Below, piece by piece: positions 24,104 to 32,000 of a stretch of DNA of 32,000 nucleotides. The DNA is from Xylanibacter ruminicola 23. Lineage in GTDB: Bacteria > Bacteroidota > Bacteroidia > Bacteroidales > Bacteroidaceae. The notes below the pieces were generated by a model that saw only the letters and a list, made by a program, of their open reading frames with translations, did no database searches and had not been told where the DNA came from. Within the stretch, counting starts at the first letter, position 1. Every line of letters starts with the position of its first letter. A program made the position numbers and the translations under genes. The DNA lies in the NCBI RefSeq assembly GCF_000025925.1, contig NC_014033.1:2010001-2042000 (forward strand), given 5' to 3'.

Positions 24104-25153
24104 ATGAGCCCACAGAAAGTTGTCATATCAGACCAGCTAGATCGTACACTCGCTGAAGCTATAGCAGAGTGTGAACACGATAAGGTTTTCGTCCTGGCCG
24201 ACGAGACCACAGTTGAGTGCTGTCTGCCAGTTATCGAGCAGTTCGAATGCATGGCAGGCGCTAAGCGCATCACGATCGAAGCTACTGATACGCATAAGAA
24301 CCTGGCTTCGCTGAGCCATGTATGGCACGACTTGAGCGAGGGCGGTGCTACACGTCACACCTTATTAATAAATATAGGCGGTGGCATGGTAACCGACTTA
24401 GGTGGTTTTGCCGCTTCAACCTTTAAGCGCGGCATTAACTACATTAACATCCCCACTACCCTGCTCTCGATGGTAGATGCATCGGTAGGTGGCAAGACAG
24501 GCATCAACTTTTTAGGCCTGAAAAACGAGATTGGCGTGTTTAACAATGCCAAGAGCGTGATACTGGATACTGAATTTCTGAAAACCCTGGATACAGAGAA
24601 CATGCTGTCGGGTTATGCCGAGATGCTGAAACACGGACTGATTAATGATGCGAAGATGCTGGGCGAGTTACTCTCGTTTGATATCGAGCACCCCGATCTG
24701 GAACAGTTAAAGCGTATGGTGGCCGAATCGGTAGCTGTAAAGCAGCGCATCGTAACCGAAGACCCCACCGAGAAGGGCATCCGCAAGGCATTGAACTTAG
24801 GTCATACCGCTGGACACGCGTTCGAATCGTTCGCTCTGAAGCACAATCCCGTACTGCACGGCTACGCTGTGGCATGGGGCCTGATAGTAGAGCTGTACCT
24901 GAGCGCCATCAAGACGGGATTCCCCACTGATAAGATGCGCCAGACGGTAAGATTCATATTGGATCACTACGGAAAGATGAACATTACGTGCGATGATTAC
25001 CCCACCCTGTTGGAGCTGATGACGCACGACAAGAAAAATATAGCTGGCATCATAAACTTCACACTGCTGGGAGGTGTAGGCGACATCCTTATCGACCAGA
25101 CGGCTACGAAGGAAGAAATCTATGAGGCATTCGACTTTTATAGAGAAAGCTGA
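24104..25153 (+). CDS. aroB: 3-dehydroquinate synthase
   Basis: GGGMVTDLGGFAASTFKRGINYINIPTTLLSMVDASVGGKTGIN and LNLGHTAGHAFE are hallmark DHQS motifs. 349 aa. Confidence 0.9.
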   Translation: MSPQKVVISDQLDRTLAEAIAECEHDKVFVLADETTVECCLPVIEQFECMAGAKRITIEATDTHKNLASLSHVWHDLSEGGATRHTLLINIGGGMVTDLGGFAASTFKRGINYINIPTTLLSMVDASVGGKTGINFLGLKNEIGVFNNAKSVILDTEFLKTLDTENMLSGYAEMLKHGLINDAKMLGELLSFDIEHPDLEQLKRMVAESVAVKQRIVTEDPTEKGIRKALNLGHTAGHAFESFALKHNPVLHGYAVAWGLIVELYLSAIKTGFPTDKMRQTVRFILDHYGKMNITCDDYPTLLELMTHDKKNIAGIINFTLLGGVGDILIDQTATKEEIYEAFDFYRES

Positions 25154-25218
25154 TGCTGGTGTCTTAACACAAACCAATTCAACTTAATAGACCTAATCAT
25201 ATTACTAACTAATCAGAG

Positions 25219-25254
25219 TAGGACTGCTCGCGAGAGTAGTCCTATTCACTTTTT
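25219..25254. terminator. Intrinsic terminator between convergent aroB and menE
   Basis: taggactgctc gcga gagtagtccta: an 11-bp stem (one G.T/G.U pair) with a GCGA tetraloop at 25219-25244, followed by ttcacttttt. Confidence 0.7.
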
Positions 25255-26241
25255 AGCCAGTTCTTCGGCCCTTTTTCGGGCTGGTTTGCCTGTTTCGGTA
25301 AGCGGTATTTGGTTTACGTGCAAGTAAACTTTAGGTTGATGGTACTTGGGCAGCACCTGCTCGCAGATGGTTTGCGCCTCGGCGGTATCACCCTCGGTCA
25401 ACAGCACCACTATCTCACCAAACTTCTCGTCCTTACGTTTACTTATAATATAAGGTACGCGCATGTACTTTTTTAGAATTTGCTCAACCTCCTCGATCTG
25501 AATCTTGATACCACCCGAACAAATCACATTGTCCTTACGACCACGGATGCGGAATCTTCCATCGGACTTCAACTCTACAATATCGTTGGTAGTCAATGTC
25601 TGGGCGCAAACCTCAGGAGCATCAATCACCAGACAACCCTCGTCGGTAGTACTCAACTTAACGGTGGGGAAAGGCATGTACCACTCAGAGGCCTCAGGGC
25701 CACTGATGCGACGCAGGGCGATATGCGAGAGTGTCTCCGTCATACCATATGTGCTCCAAACAGCATGGGGGAAGGTACGCAGCTCGGCCTCCATCGCCTC
25801 GTCGATAGCACCACCACCAATAATCAGATGTCGGATAGCCATCAGTCGCTCCTTCTCCTCAGGCACCTGCAATGAGTTATACACCTGCATAGGCACCATG
25901 GCGGCAAAATCAAATTGAAAATTGAAAATTGAAAATTGAGAATGTTTAATGTTTAATGTTAAATGTTTAATGTCAAGTGGATGCCCACAGGGGGGCACCT
26001 CAATTAATTTAAGGCCACGCTCAATAGAGCGTACCACCATCATCTTACCAGCAATATAATCGGTACTCATACACAGCAGCGCCGTATCGCCAGGCTTCAA
26101 TCCCAAAAAGTCGCAGGTTATGCGTGCAGAATTAAGCATCCTGCGCTTCTCTACCAGCATACGTTTGGGCTCACCAGTACTACCACTGGTTTTCACCTCA
26201 ACATACGCCGAATCATTATTCCACTCGTCTATAAACGCCAT
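25246..26241 (-). CDS. menE: O-succinylbenzoate-CoA ligase (short Bacteroidetes form) carrying an in-frame repeat-derived segment
   Basis: AMP-binding signature TSGSTGEPK, then YGMTET and a late GRxD...SGG region. It is the last gene of the men cluster and overlaps the menC stop by 13 nt. Residues DIKHLTLNIKHSQFSIFNFQF are encoded by heptamer arrays. Confidence 0.85.
   Translation of the reverse strand: MAFIDEWNNDSAYVEVKTSGSTGEPKRMLVEKRRMLNSARITCDFLGLKPGDTALLCMSTDYIAGKMMVVRSIERGLKLIEVPPCGHPLDIKHLTLNIKHSQFSIFNFQFDFAAMVPMQVYNSLQVPEEKERLMAIRHLIIGGGAIDEAMEAELRTFPHAVWSTYGMTETLSHIALRRISGPEASEWYMPFPTVKLSTTDEGCLVIDAPEVCAQTLTTNDIVELKSDGRFRIRGRKDNVICSGGIKIQIEEVEQILKKYMRVPYIISKRKDEKFGEIVVLLTEGDTAEAQTICEQVLPKYHQPKVYLHVNQIPLTETGKPARKRAEELAKK
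25910..25979. repeat. Composite heptanucleotide array inside menE: (GAAAATT)3-4 followed by (TTTAATG)4 with one TTAAATG variant
   Basis: Units are tcaaatt 25910-16, gaaaatt at 25917-23, 25924-30 and 25931-37, gagaatg 25938-44, tttaatg 25945-51 and 25952-58, ttaaatg 25959-65, tttaatg 25966-72, tcaagtg 25973-79. There are 14 G/C in 70 nt. Confidence 0.95.
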
Positions 26242-27257
26242 AGTTGATCGCCTTGAATGGTGAGGGGCATTTCGATGTTATCAGTAAACAGCTGACCAGT
26301 GCCTAAGCCCTGTGGCATGCTGATATCGTCGCCATACACACTCGAAGCAAACTGGGCGATGGCATTCAAACCGATATTACTCTCAAGGGCCGAGGTAATC
26401 CACGAGCCGATATGCAGACTGCGAGCGATATCAATCCACTCCTTACTACCCATCATACCACCATGCAACGAAGGCTTGAGGATGATATAGCGGGGCTTGA
26501 TAATCTCGAGCATATGACGCTTCATCTCCGCATCATTCACACCTATCAGCTCCTCATCAAGGGCGATAGGCAGGGGCGACTCCCTGCAGAGTTCGGCCAT
26601 ATAAGCCCACTGACCTTGCTTGATGGGCTGCTCGATAGAATGGATATTGTACTGCGACAAGAGTTCAAGTTTATACAGCGCCTCATCGTAGGTAAAACCA
26701 CCATTGGCATCCAAGCGCAACTCCACCTCGTGATGCGAGAAGCGCTCGCGGATACGCTTTACCAAATCAAACTCCTTTTCAAAGTCGATGGCACCAATCT
26801 TCAGTTTCACACAGCGGAAACCCAACTTCAGTTTCTCCTCCATGCGCTGCAGCATCTCCTCGTAATTGCCCATCCACACCAGTCCGTTGATGGGGATGCC
26901 CACCTCGCCACGCGAAAAAGCAGTATCGAAGAGTTTTTCGCCCTTTTGCAGATTCAGCCAGGCTGTTTCCAATCCAAACAGCATCGAGGGATAATCGCGC
27001 AGAGCATCATAATCCATCTCGCCCTTGGCACAGAATGCCTCGCAAAACTCCTTCAGTTTAGCTTCATACTGCTCGTCGGGCATCGCATCGCAACTCAGAT
27101 CGGGCAACGGTGCACACTCGCCCACACCCTGCTTATCACCATCACTCAGATGAATCAGCCACATCGTGCGGGTTAAATAAACCCCGCGAGAAGTCCCCGC
27201 GGGTTGTTTAAAATGCAATATTTTTTTTTCTATTTCAAATCGCATAATTATCTTCAT
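26229..27257 (-). CDS. menC: O-succinylbenzoate synthase (enolase superfamily)
   Basis: Motifs FKQPAGTSRG, VKLKIG, LRLDANGGF, IEQPI and LDEEL. The track ORF starts at a TTG (27332) and runs through a palindromic intergenic element. The likely starts are ATG 27257 (MKIIMRF...) or 27245 (MRFEIEKK...). Confidence 0.85.
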   Translation of the reverse strand: MKIIMRFEIEKKILHFKQPAGTSRGVYLTRTMWLIHLSDGDKQGVGECAPLPDLSCDAMPDEQYEAKLKEFCEAFCAKGEMDYDALRDYPSMLFGLETAWLNLQKGEKLFDTAFSRGEVGIPINGLVWMGNYEEMLQRMEEKLKLGFRCVKLKIGAIDFEKEFDLVKRIRERFSHHEVELRLDANGGFTYDEALYKLELLSQYNIHSIEQPIKQGQWAYMAELCRESPLPIALDEELIGVNDAEMKRHMLEIIKPRYIILKPSLHGGMMGSKEWIDIARSLHIGSWITSALESNIGLNAIAQFASSVYGDDISMPQGLGTGQLFTDNIEMPLTIQGDQLWRL

Positions 27258-27350
27258 TAATAAAGGCCGTGTTCGCTCGGCTTTCTTGCCTTGCAAGCGA
27301 CCATAGGTCGAGCGGCCGCTTGGCTCGTCCAAGAATCCGTGCCTAATAAA

Positions 27351-28202
27351 TCAAGGCAACTTTGGGTATTTCTTGAAATCAGGCTTACGTTTTTCAAGGA
27401 AAGCCTTGCCACCCTCCTGGGCCTCATCCAGGAAGTAATACAGCATAGTGCAATCGCCAGCTAACTCCTGGATACCAGCCTGACCATCCAACTCGGCATT
27501 CAAGCCAGCTTTGATCATACGCAGGGCCAATGGCGAACGTTCCATCATAATCTCAGCCCACTCTACGCACTCGTCCTCCAGGCGCTCGATAGGCACAACC
27601 TTGTTTACCATGCCCATCTCCTCGGCCTCCTTGGCAGTGTACTGACGACACAAGAACCATATCTCACGCGCCTTCTTCTGACCCACGATACGAGCCAGGT
27701 ACGACGAACCAAAACCAGCATCGAATGAACCTACCTTAGGACCAGTCTGACCAAAGATAGCATTCTCTGAGGCAATCGTCAGGTCGCACACCAGGTGCAG
27801 CACGTGTCCACCACCAATGGCATAACCATTCACCATTGCAATAACAGGCTTGGGCAAGCGACGAATCTGCATCTGCACATCAAGCACGCTCAAACGGGGC
27901 ACACCCTCTTCATCTACATAGCCACCACGACCCTTTACGTGCATATCGCCACCAGAGCAGAAAGCATGCTTTACATCGGCCAGGGTCTTACCCTCGGGCA
28001 CCTCGCTCATAGCACCAGTCAACAATACCACACTGATATCCTGCATCTCGCGACACATAGCAAAAGCCTGACTCAACTCCCAAGTGGTCTTGGGGGTAAA
28101 GGCATTGCGATAGCGCGGACGATTAATGGTAATCTTGGCGATACCGTTATACTCCTCAAACAAAATCTCCTTAAACTCTCTTATCGTTTGCCAGTTTCTC
28201 AT
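27351..28202 (-). CDS. menB: 1,4-dihydroxy-2-naphthoyl-CoA synthase
   Basis: Crotonase fold with FCSGGD and [21 protein letters not shown]. 283 aa, in men cluster context. Confidence 0.95.
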   Translation of the reverse strand: MRNWQTIREFKEILFEEYNGIAKITINRPRYRNAFTPKTTWELSQAFAMCREMQDISVVLLTGAMSEVPEGKTLADVKHAFCSGGDMHVKGRGGYVDEEGVPRLSVLDVQMQIRRLPKPVIAMVNGYAIGGGHVLHLVCDLTIASENAIFGQTGPKVGSFDAGFGSSYLARIVGQKKAREIWFLCRQYTAKEAEEMGMVNKVVPIERLEDECVEWAEIMMERSPLALRMIKAGLNAELDGQAGIQELAGDCTMLYYFLDEAQEGGKAFLEKRKPDFKKYPKLP

Positions 28203-29862
28203 TTTTCAAAATTTGATAATATGTTTTTGCTACACGCTCGTCCTCATCAGCATCGGTAAATATCTCGAGCAATACAGGACGAGTAGATTTCTTATTTAAT
28301 AAGTTGTCGACACACTGCTGCATCTCCTCCATATTGGTGGCCTTCATATAGCGGATGTTGTTCTGCTTACAGATGCCCTGGGCTGTGGTGTGATGCGCAC
28401 CAGAAATGAAGCTATCACGAACAGGACTCTGTTCCAGACCCTTCAGCATGTTAAAGATACCACCCTTGCCATTATTCAGCACAATGATATGCAGGTTGCC
28501 ATTCAGGTTCTGATTCCACAGGGCATTCTGATCGTAGAAGAAACTCAGATCGCCCAGCACGCACAGCACCTTCTCGTCGCCAGTAACAATCGAGCAGCCT
28601 GCAGCTGTAGATAGTGAGCCCTCGATACCATTCACACCACGGTTACAGAACACATAGTGCTTGGCATAGAGATTGGCAAAACGGATAGGACTACTATTAC
28701 CATAATGGATATAGCGATAGATGGCCTTGCCCAGTTTATCCTCCAGATACTTGACAGCAGCCATCTGCGAATACTCGGGTTCGAACTTCATGGCACGATA
28801 GGCTGCCAGTCGGGTGGCCTGATCCCATCGGGCCTTAAAGGTAGCAGTAGAACTGATGGCCTTGAACTTGATGGCGTTCACCAGATCCTCGATCACATCG
28901 GCAGGACTACCCTCGATCACACCATACAACTGCATAGAGGTATCGTGAATGCTACCATCCTCGGTAACAGCCCAGATATGACAATCCTTCAGGCCACGCA
29001 ACCACTTTTTAAAGCGCTTGCTAACTAGTGTATCGCCTAAGTAAAGCACAAAGTCGGGCTGGTAAGCGGGGTTGTCGCCCAACACATGTATCACCTCATC
29101 GAAATTGGTACCACCCTTACCTACACTCAGTGCCTCGTGTACCACCACAGCACACTGTGAGAGCATGAACAGCTCCTGAGGAATCAAGTCTTCGGTAGAC
29201 ATCTGACCAATAACCACCATAGGTTTCTTGGCCTCGGCAAACTGGCCTGCGCACTCCAACGATATCAAAGCCGCATTGCTACGTGGTGTAAGTAGCTGAA
29301 TAACACGCTCCTGAGGAAGTTCTTCGACATTATACTCGAACAGGGGCTCTGAGATGGGCACATTGATATGTACAGGACCACAACCATGGTGGCGGGTCTC
29401 GTTCATGGCCTCGTTAACCAGGCGGTTACAGTACCAATGCAACTCATCGTTATACTCCTCGGGCAGGTTCACAGCCTTTTTCACAAAGCGCCCCAAGGCA
29501 TCGGGCTGAGGTAGCGTCTGACCATCCAACTGATCGATCCACTGTGCAGGACGATCGGCTGAAATCACCACCAATGGCATGTGCTGATAATAAGCCTCGG
29601 CCACAGCTGGGGCCACATTCAGCAAAGCCGTACCACTGGTTACGCATACGGCTACGGGGCGATGAACCACCTGTGCGATACCTAAGGCATAGAATCCTGC
29701 ACTACGTTCATCAGTTACAGGATAGCACTCGATATCAGGGCACTCGTTCAGGTTATGAACAATAGCCGAGTTACGACTACCAGGACAAACTACTGCGTAT
29801 CTAACTCCATGCGCTACCAACAAACTTGTCAGTATGTTTACGTTCTGCTTACTGCTGTACAT
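28171..29862 (-). CDS. menD: 2-succinyl-5-enolpyruvyl-6-hydroxy-3-cyclohexene-1-carboxylate (SEPHCHC) synthase
   Basis: ThDP enzyme with N-terminal VCPGSRN, the ThDP-binding motif GDLSFFYD...NNGKGGIF, 563 aa. It overlaps menB by 32 nt and menF by 14 nt. Confidence 0.9.
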   Translation of the reverse strand: MYSSKQNVNILTSLLVAHGVRYAVVCPGSRNSAIVHNLNECPDIECYPVTDERSAGFYALGIAQVVHRPVAVCVTSGTALLNVAPAVAEAYYQHMPLVVISADRPAQWIDQLDGQTLPQPDALGRFVKKAVNLPEEYNDELHWYCNRLVNEAMNETRHHGCGPVHINVPISEPLFEYNVEELPQERVIQLLTPRSNAALISLECAGQFAEAKKPMVVIGQMSTEDLIPQELFMLSQCAVVVHEALSVGKGGTNFDEVIHVLGDNPAYQPDFVLYLGDTLVSKRFKKWLRGLKDCHIWAVTEDGSIHDTSMQLYGVIEGSPADVIEDLVNAIKFKAISSTATFKARWDQATRLAAYRAMKFEPEYSQMAAVKYLEDKLGKAIYRYIHYGNSSPIRFANLYAKHYVFCNRGVNGIEGSLSTAAGCSIVTGDEKVLCVLGDLSFFYDQNALWNQNLNGNLHIIVLNNGKGGIFNMLKGLEQSPVRDSFISGAHHTTAQGICKQNNIRYMKATNMEEMQQCVDNLLNKKSTRPVLLEIFTDADEDERVAKTYYQILKNEKLANDKRV

Positions 29863-30889
29863 ATAATAGCTTTTTCATTGTTTCCATTTTCGCTTCAGTT
29901 TCCAACCACTCCTGCTCTTCGACGCTGTCTTTCAACAGTCCGCCGCCAGCGTAGAGATGACACACATCGCCATCGATGTTCATACATCTTAGCGACACAT
30001 AGAGATGGGTATCCTCCAGTGCAACAGGTCCCATAAACCCACTGTAATATCGACGTGGGGTATGCTCGTTCTTTACTATAAACTTAAAGGCCTCGCGCTT
30101 AGGCAGTCCACACACGGCAGGTGTAGGATGCAAGGCCTGTAACAAATCGCCAATTTTATTGTTGTCGGCCAACTTAAAGGTAAAGTCGCTACGCAGGTGT
30201 ACCAGGTTAGCGGCTCGTACAGTGCGAGGACCCTCCTCACGGAAATCACCCGTAAACAGCTCCAGGCACTCGGTGATATAGGTGGCCACAATGCGCTGCT
30301 CCTGAATATTCTTGGTACTCCAGGTAAGTGTTTCGCCTTCGCCATCCAGCTGGTCGCCCTCCAGTTTCATGGTTCCTGCCAAGGCGATGGTTCGCCAATC
30401 GGCACCATGCCCATCCAGCAGGATCTCTGGGGTAGCAGTTAACCAGCACCCACTCTTCTCAGTATCCACCAGTGCGATGAACAGACGGGGGTAAAGCTGG
30501 CAGGCACGATAGAACAGGTCGATAGGTTTTACACCATTGGGCATCTGCTCATCGGCACAGCGTGCCAACACTATCTTGCGGAACTTATCTGCCTCTAACT
30601 GCGAGTGATAGTTAGCAAAGTCAACCTTATAATAATTCGACATATCGCTTGGCAACCTGTTTTTTCCATCATCAGCAGTTAGTTGCTCGTTGCTCAAAGC
30701 AATCATCTCTGTTTTTCCTTGTATCAAAACCACGGGCTGGTCGGCCTTCACCTCGAAGGGGGCCACTACAAAACCCTGTTTACCATTCAACTCTGTCAGC
30801 GAATGCAATTCCATGGGCTCACCCACCGATTGGGTAATCAGTGTGGCGTGGTCTTCATGGGGTAATCTGTAAATAGCGTATGCTGACAT
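29849..30889 (-). CDS. menF: Isochorismate synthase (short form)
   Basis: Chorismate-binding C-terminal signature ...YAGGGLLKDSVEEQEWLETEAK, together with GTMKLE and HPTPAVCGLP motifs. Confidence 0.85.
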   Translation of the reverse strand: MSAYAIYRLPHEDHATLITQSVGEPMELHSLTELNGKQGFVVAPFEVKADQPVVLIQGKTEMIALSNEQLTADDGKNRLPSDMSNYYKVDFANYHSQLEADKFRKIVLARCADEQMPNGVKPIDLFYRACQLYPRLFIALVDTEKSGCWLTATPEILLDGHGADWRTIALAGTMKLEGDQLDGEGETLTWSTKNIQEQRIVATYITECLELFTGDFREEGPRTVRAANLVHLRSDFTFKLADNNKIGDLLQALHPTPAVCGLPKREAFKFIVKNEHTPRRYYSGFMGPVALEDTHLYVSLRCMNIDGDVCHLYAGGGLLKDSVEEQEWLETEAKMETMKKLLYVQQ

Positions 30890-31302
30890 TATTTCTTCTG
30901 CTTAATAACATAGTTAGTAACTCGCACATTTGATATCAGATCGCCTGCCGTGTCCTTGATATCCACATTCCACACATGCAGCGTCTTTCCCTTGTGCAAC
31001 ATCTTTGCGAAGGCAGTTACCGTGTCGCCTTCAACCACAGCTTTCACATGACTCCCAGTAACCTCGATGCCCACACAGGCGCATCCAGGACAGAGAGCCG
31101 ACGATGCCACCCCGGCCACATTCTCGGCCAGAGCCAACGAAGCGCCACCACTCAAAAAGCCGAATGGCTGGCGATTTCGCTCATCAACTTTCATTTTCGC
31201 CAAACAAGTATCAACCTCGGGAGTAGAAATAAATTCCATCCCGAGGGCTGTACTTAAATTCGGCTTTGCGTTAATAATCTCTACTATCTTCTCTACGTTC
31301 AC
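30889..31302 (-). CDS. Hotdog-fold thioesterase, probable 1,4-dihydroxy-2-naphthoyl-CoA hydrolase
   Basis: PaaI/YdiI-like pattern (LGMEF...GFLSGGASLALAENVAG...) and position as first gene of the men cluster, with its stop overlapping the menF ATG (TAATG). The start codon is GTG at 31302-31300, and no upstream ATG preserves the conserved N-terminus. Confidence 0.75.
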   Translation of the reverse strand: MNVEKIVEIINAKPNLSTALGMEFISTPEVDTCLAKMKVDERNRQPFGFLSGGASLALAENVAGVASSALCPGCACVGIEVTGSHVKAVVEGDTVTAFAKMLHKGKTLHVWNVDIKDTAGDLISNVRVTNYVIKQKK

Positions 31303-31305
31303 TCT

Positions 31306-31347
31306 GAATTTTTTAATTCTTAAATTTTTGAATTTTTACATTTTATT
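31306..31347. repeat. Loose 7-9-bp periodic AT-rich tract (GAATTTTT-type) at the ROK kinase / thioesterase junction
   Basis: The tract reads gaatttttt aattctt aaattttt gaattttt acatttt attt. It is degenerate, with no more than 2 identical units. Confidence 0.5.
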
Positions 31348-32000
31348 TAAACAGCGAGTACTCTGGTACACTCCAGGCCAGGGCACTGGCACCAAGCACA
31401 TCGCGTTCTCTATCTTCAAGTTTCGAAACAAGCATCTTAACCTTGCCTCGCAAATTGCCAAACACATGCTCCTCGAACGACTTGCACGTTGGGTCTAACA
31501 ACCACTTGCCAGCATGCGAGATACCACCTGTAAGGATGATAGCCTCAGGATCCACAAGCGATGCGTAGTTGGCTAATCCCAGACCTAACATCTCACCTGT
31601 ACGACGGTACACCTCGATAGCCATCTCGTCGCCCTGGTCGCAGCACTCCTTGATGGTACGTGGTGATAGCTTCTCAAGATTACGCATGATTGTAGGCGCC
31701 TCACTCTCAGCCATCAGTTCCTTGGCGGTATTGATAATACCAGCAGCACCGACATACGACTCCAAGCAGCCAGTATGACCACAACCACAAGCACGACCGT
31801 TCTTCACGACACAGGTGTGACCAAACTCACCGGCATAGCCATTATGTCCGATATGGTCGTCGCCTGCCGTGAAGAAACAGCTGCCTATACCCACACCCAG
31901 ACTGAGAATAATGAAATTCTTCATACCATGGGCACAACCAAAGGTATACTCGCCAAGAGCCGATACGTGGGCATCGTTCGACAAACCTACAGCCAATCCA
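31343..32000 (-). CDS. ROK-family sugar kinase (glucokinase-like), C-terminal ~218 codons; 5' end beyond the window
   Basis: The ROK zinc motif CGCGHTGCLESY and GYAGEFGH are present. The frame stays open to the window edge, so the track's ATG at 31996 is not the real start. Confidence 0.8.
   Translation of the reverse strand, partial: GLAVGLSNDAHVSALGEYTFGCAHGMKNFIILSLGVGIGSCFFTAGDDHIGHNGYAGEFGHTCVVKNGRACGCGHTGCLESYVGAAGIINTAKELMAESEAPTIMRNLEKLSPRTIKECCDQGDEMAIEVYRRTGEMLGLGLANYASLVDPEAIILTGGISHAGKWLLDPTCKSFEEHVFGNLRGKVKMLVSKLEDRERDVLGASALAWSVPEYSLFK

Noticed and set aside
23868-24113. 81-aa minus-strand ORF across the OMP / aroB divergent promoter region
   Set aside because: It starts inside aroB antisense, runs through A/T homopolymer promoter sequence and overlaps the OMP start in another frame.
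1-32000. Search by eye for tRNA, rRNA, riboswitch, transposase or integrase signatures
   Set aside because: I saw no T-loop/anticodon-arm architecture, no rRNA-like conserved blocks and no DDE or tyrosine-recombinase ORFs. The unassigned stretches (8935-9133, 9598-9660) are too featureless to call without a covariance-model search.

Overview
The window looks like a densely packed chromosomal segment from a Bacteroidales genome. I infer a Prevotella/Segatella-like source from the protein sequences, the TTTG/TAnnTTTG promoter boxes and a SusC/SusD pair. Most of it is housekeeping. It holds a partial lipid kinase, miaA, gap, mscL, guaA, a MurU-like nucleotidyltransferase and aroB. It also holds a complete co-directional menaquinone cluster (hotdog thioesterase-menF-menD-menB-menC-menE), a partial ROK kinase, one SusC/SusD pair, two outer-membrane beta-barrel proteins, a secreted alpha/beta hydrolase, and a PaaI thioesterase with a TlpA-like redoxin. 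I saw no rRNA, tRNA, CRISPR array, transposase or integrase. Four things deserve a second look. (1) A family of AT-rich, TTAA-core heptanucleotide tandem arrays with shared unique termini sits at gene junctions. One composite array is translated in frame inside menE, and a single variant unit removes what would be an in-frame TAA. A second heptamer/palindrome block is translated inside the MurU-like gene. (2) A 1-kb gene-poor island (8715-9768) carries a perfect 28-bp inverted repeat around a 154-bp segment, which contains a polypurine tract and a perfect 30-bp AT-only palindrome. Next to it is a decayed HU-like gene with an in-frame amber codon. (3) An uncharacterised envelope gene string runs DUF2207, small ORF, 5'-nucleotidase, TMEM43/DUF1625-like protein, membrane-anchored CbxX/SpoVK-type AAA+ ATPase, and the last two are almost abutting. 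(4) A short palindromic block recurs at three sites. Many long antisense shadow ORFs in the track were rejected.
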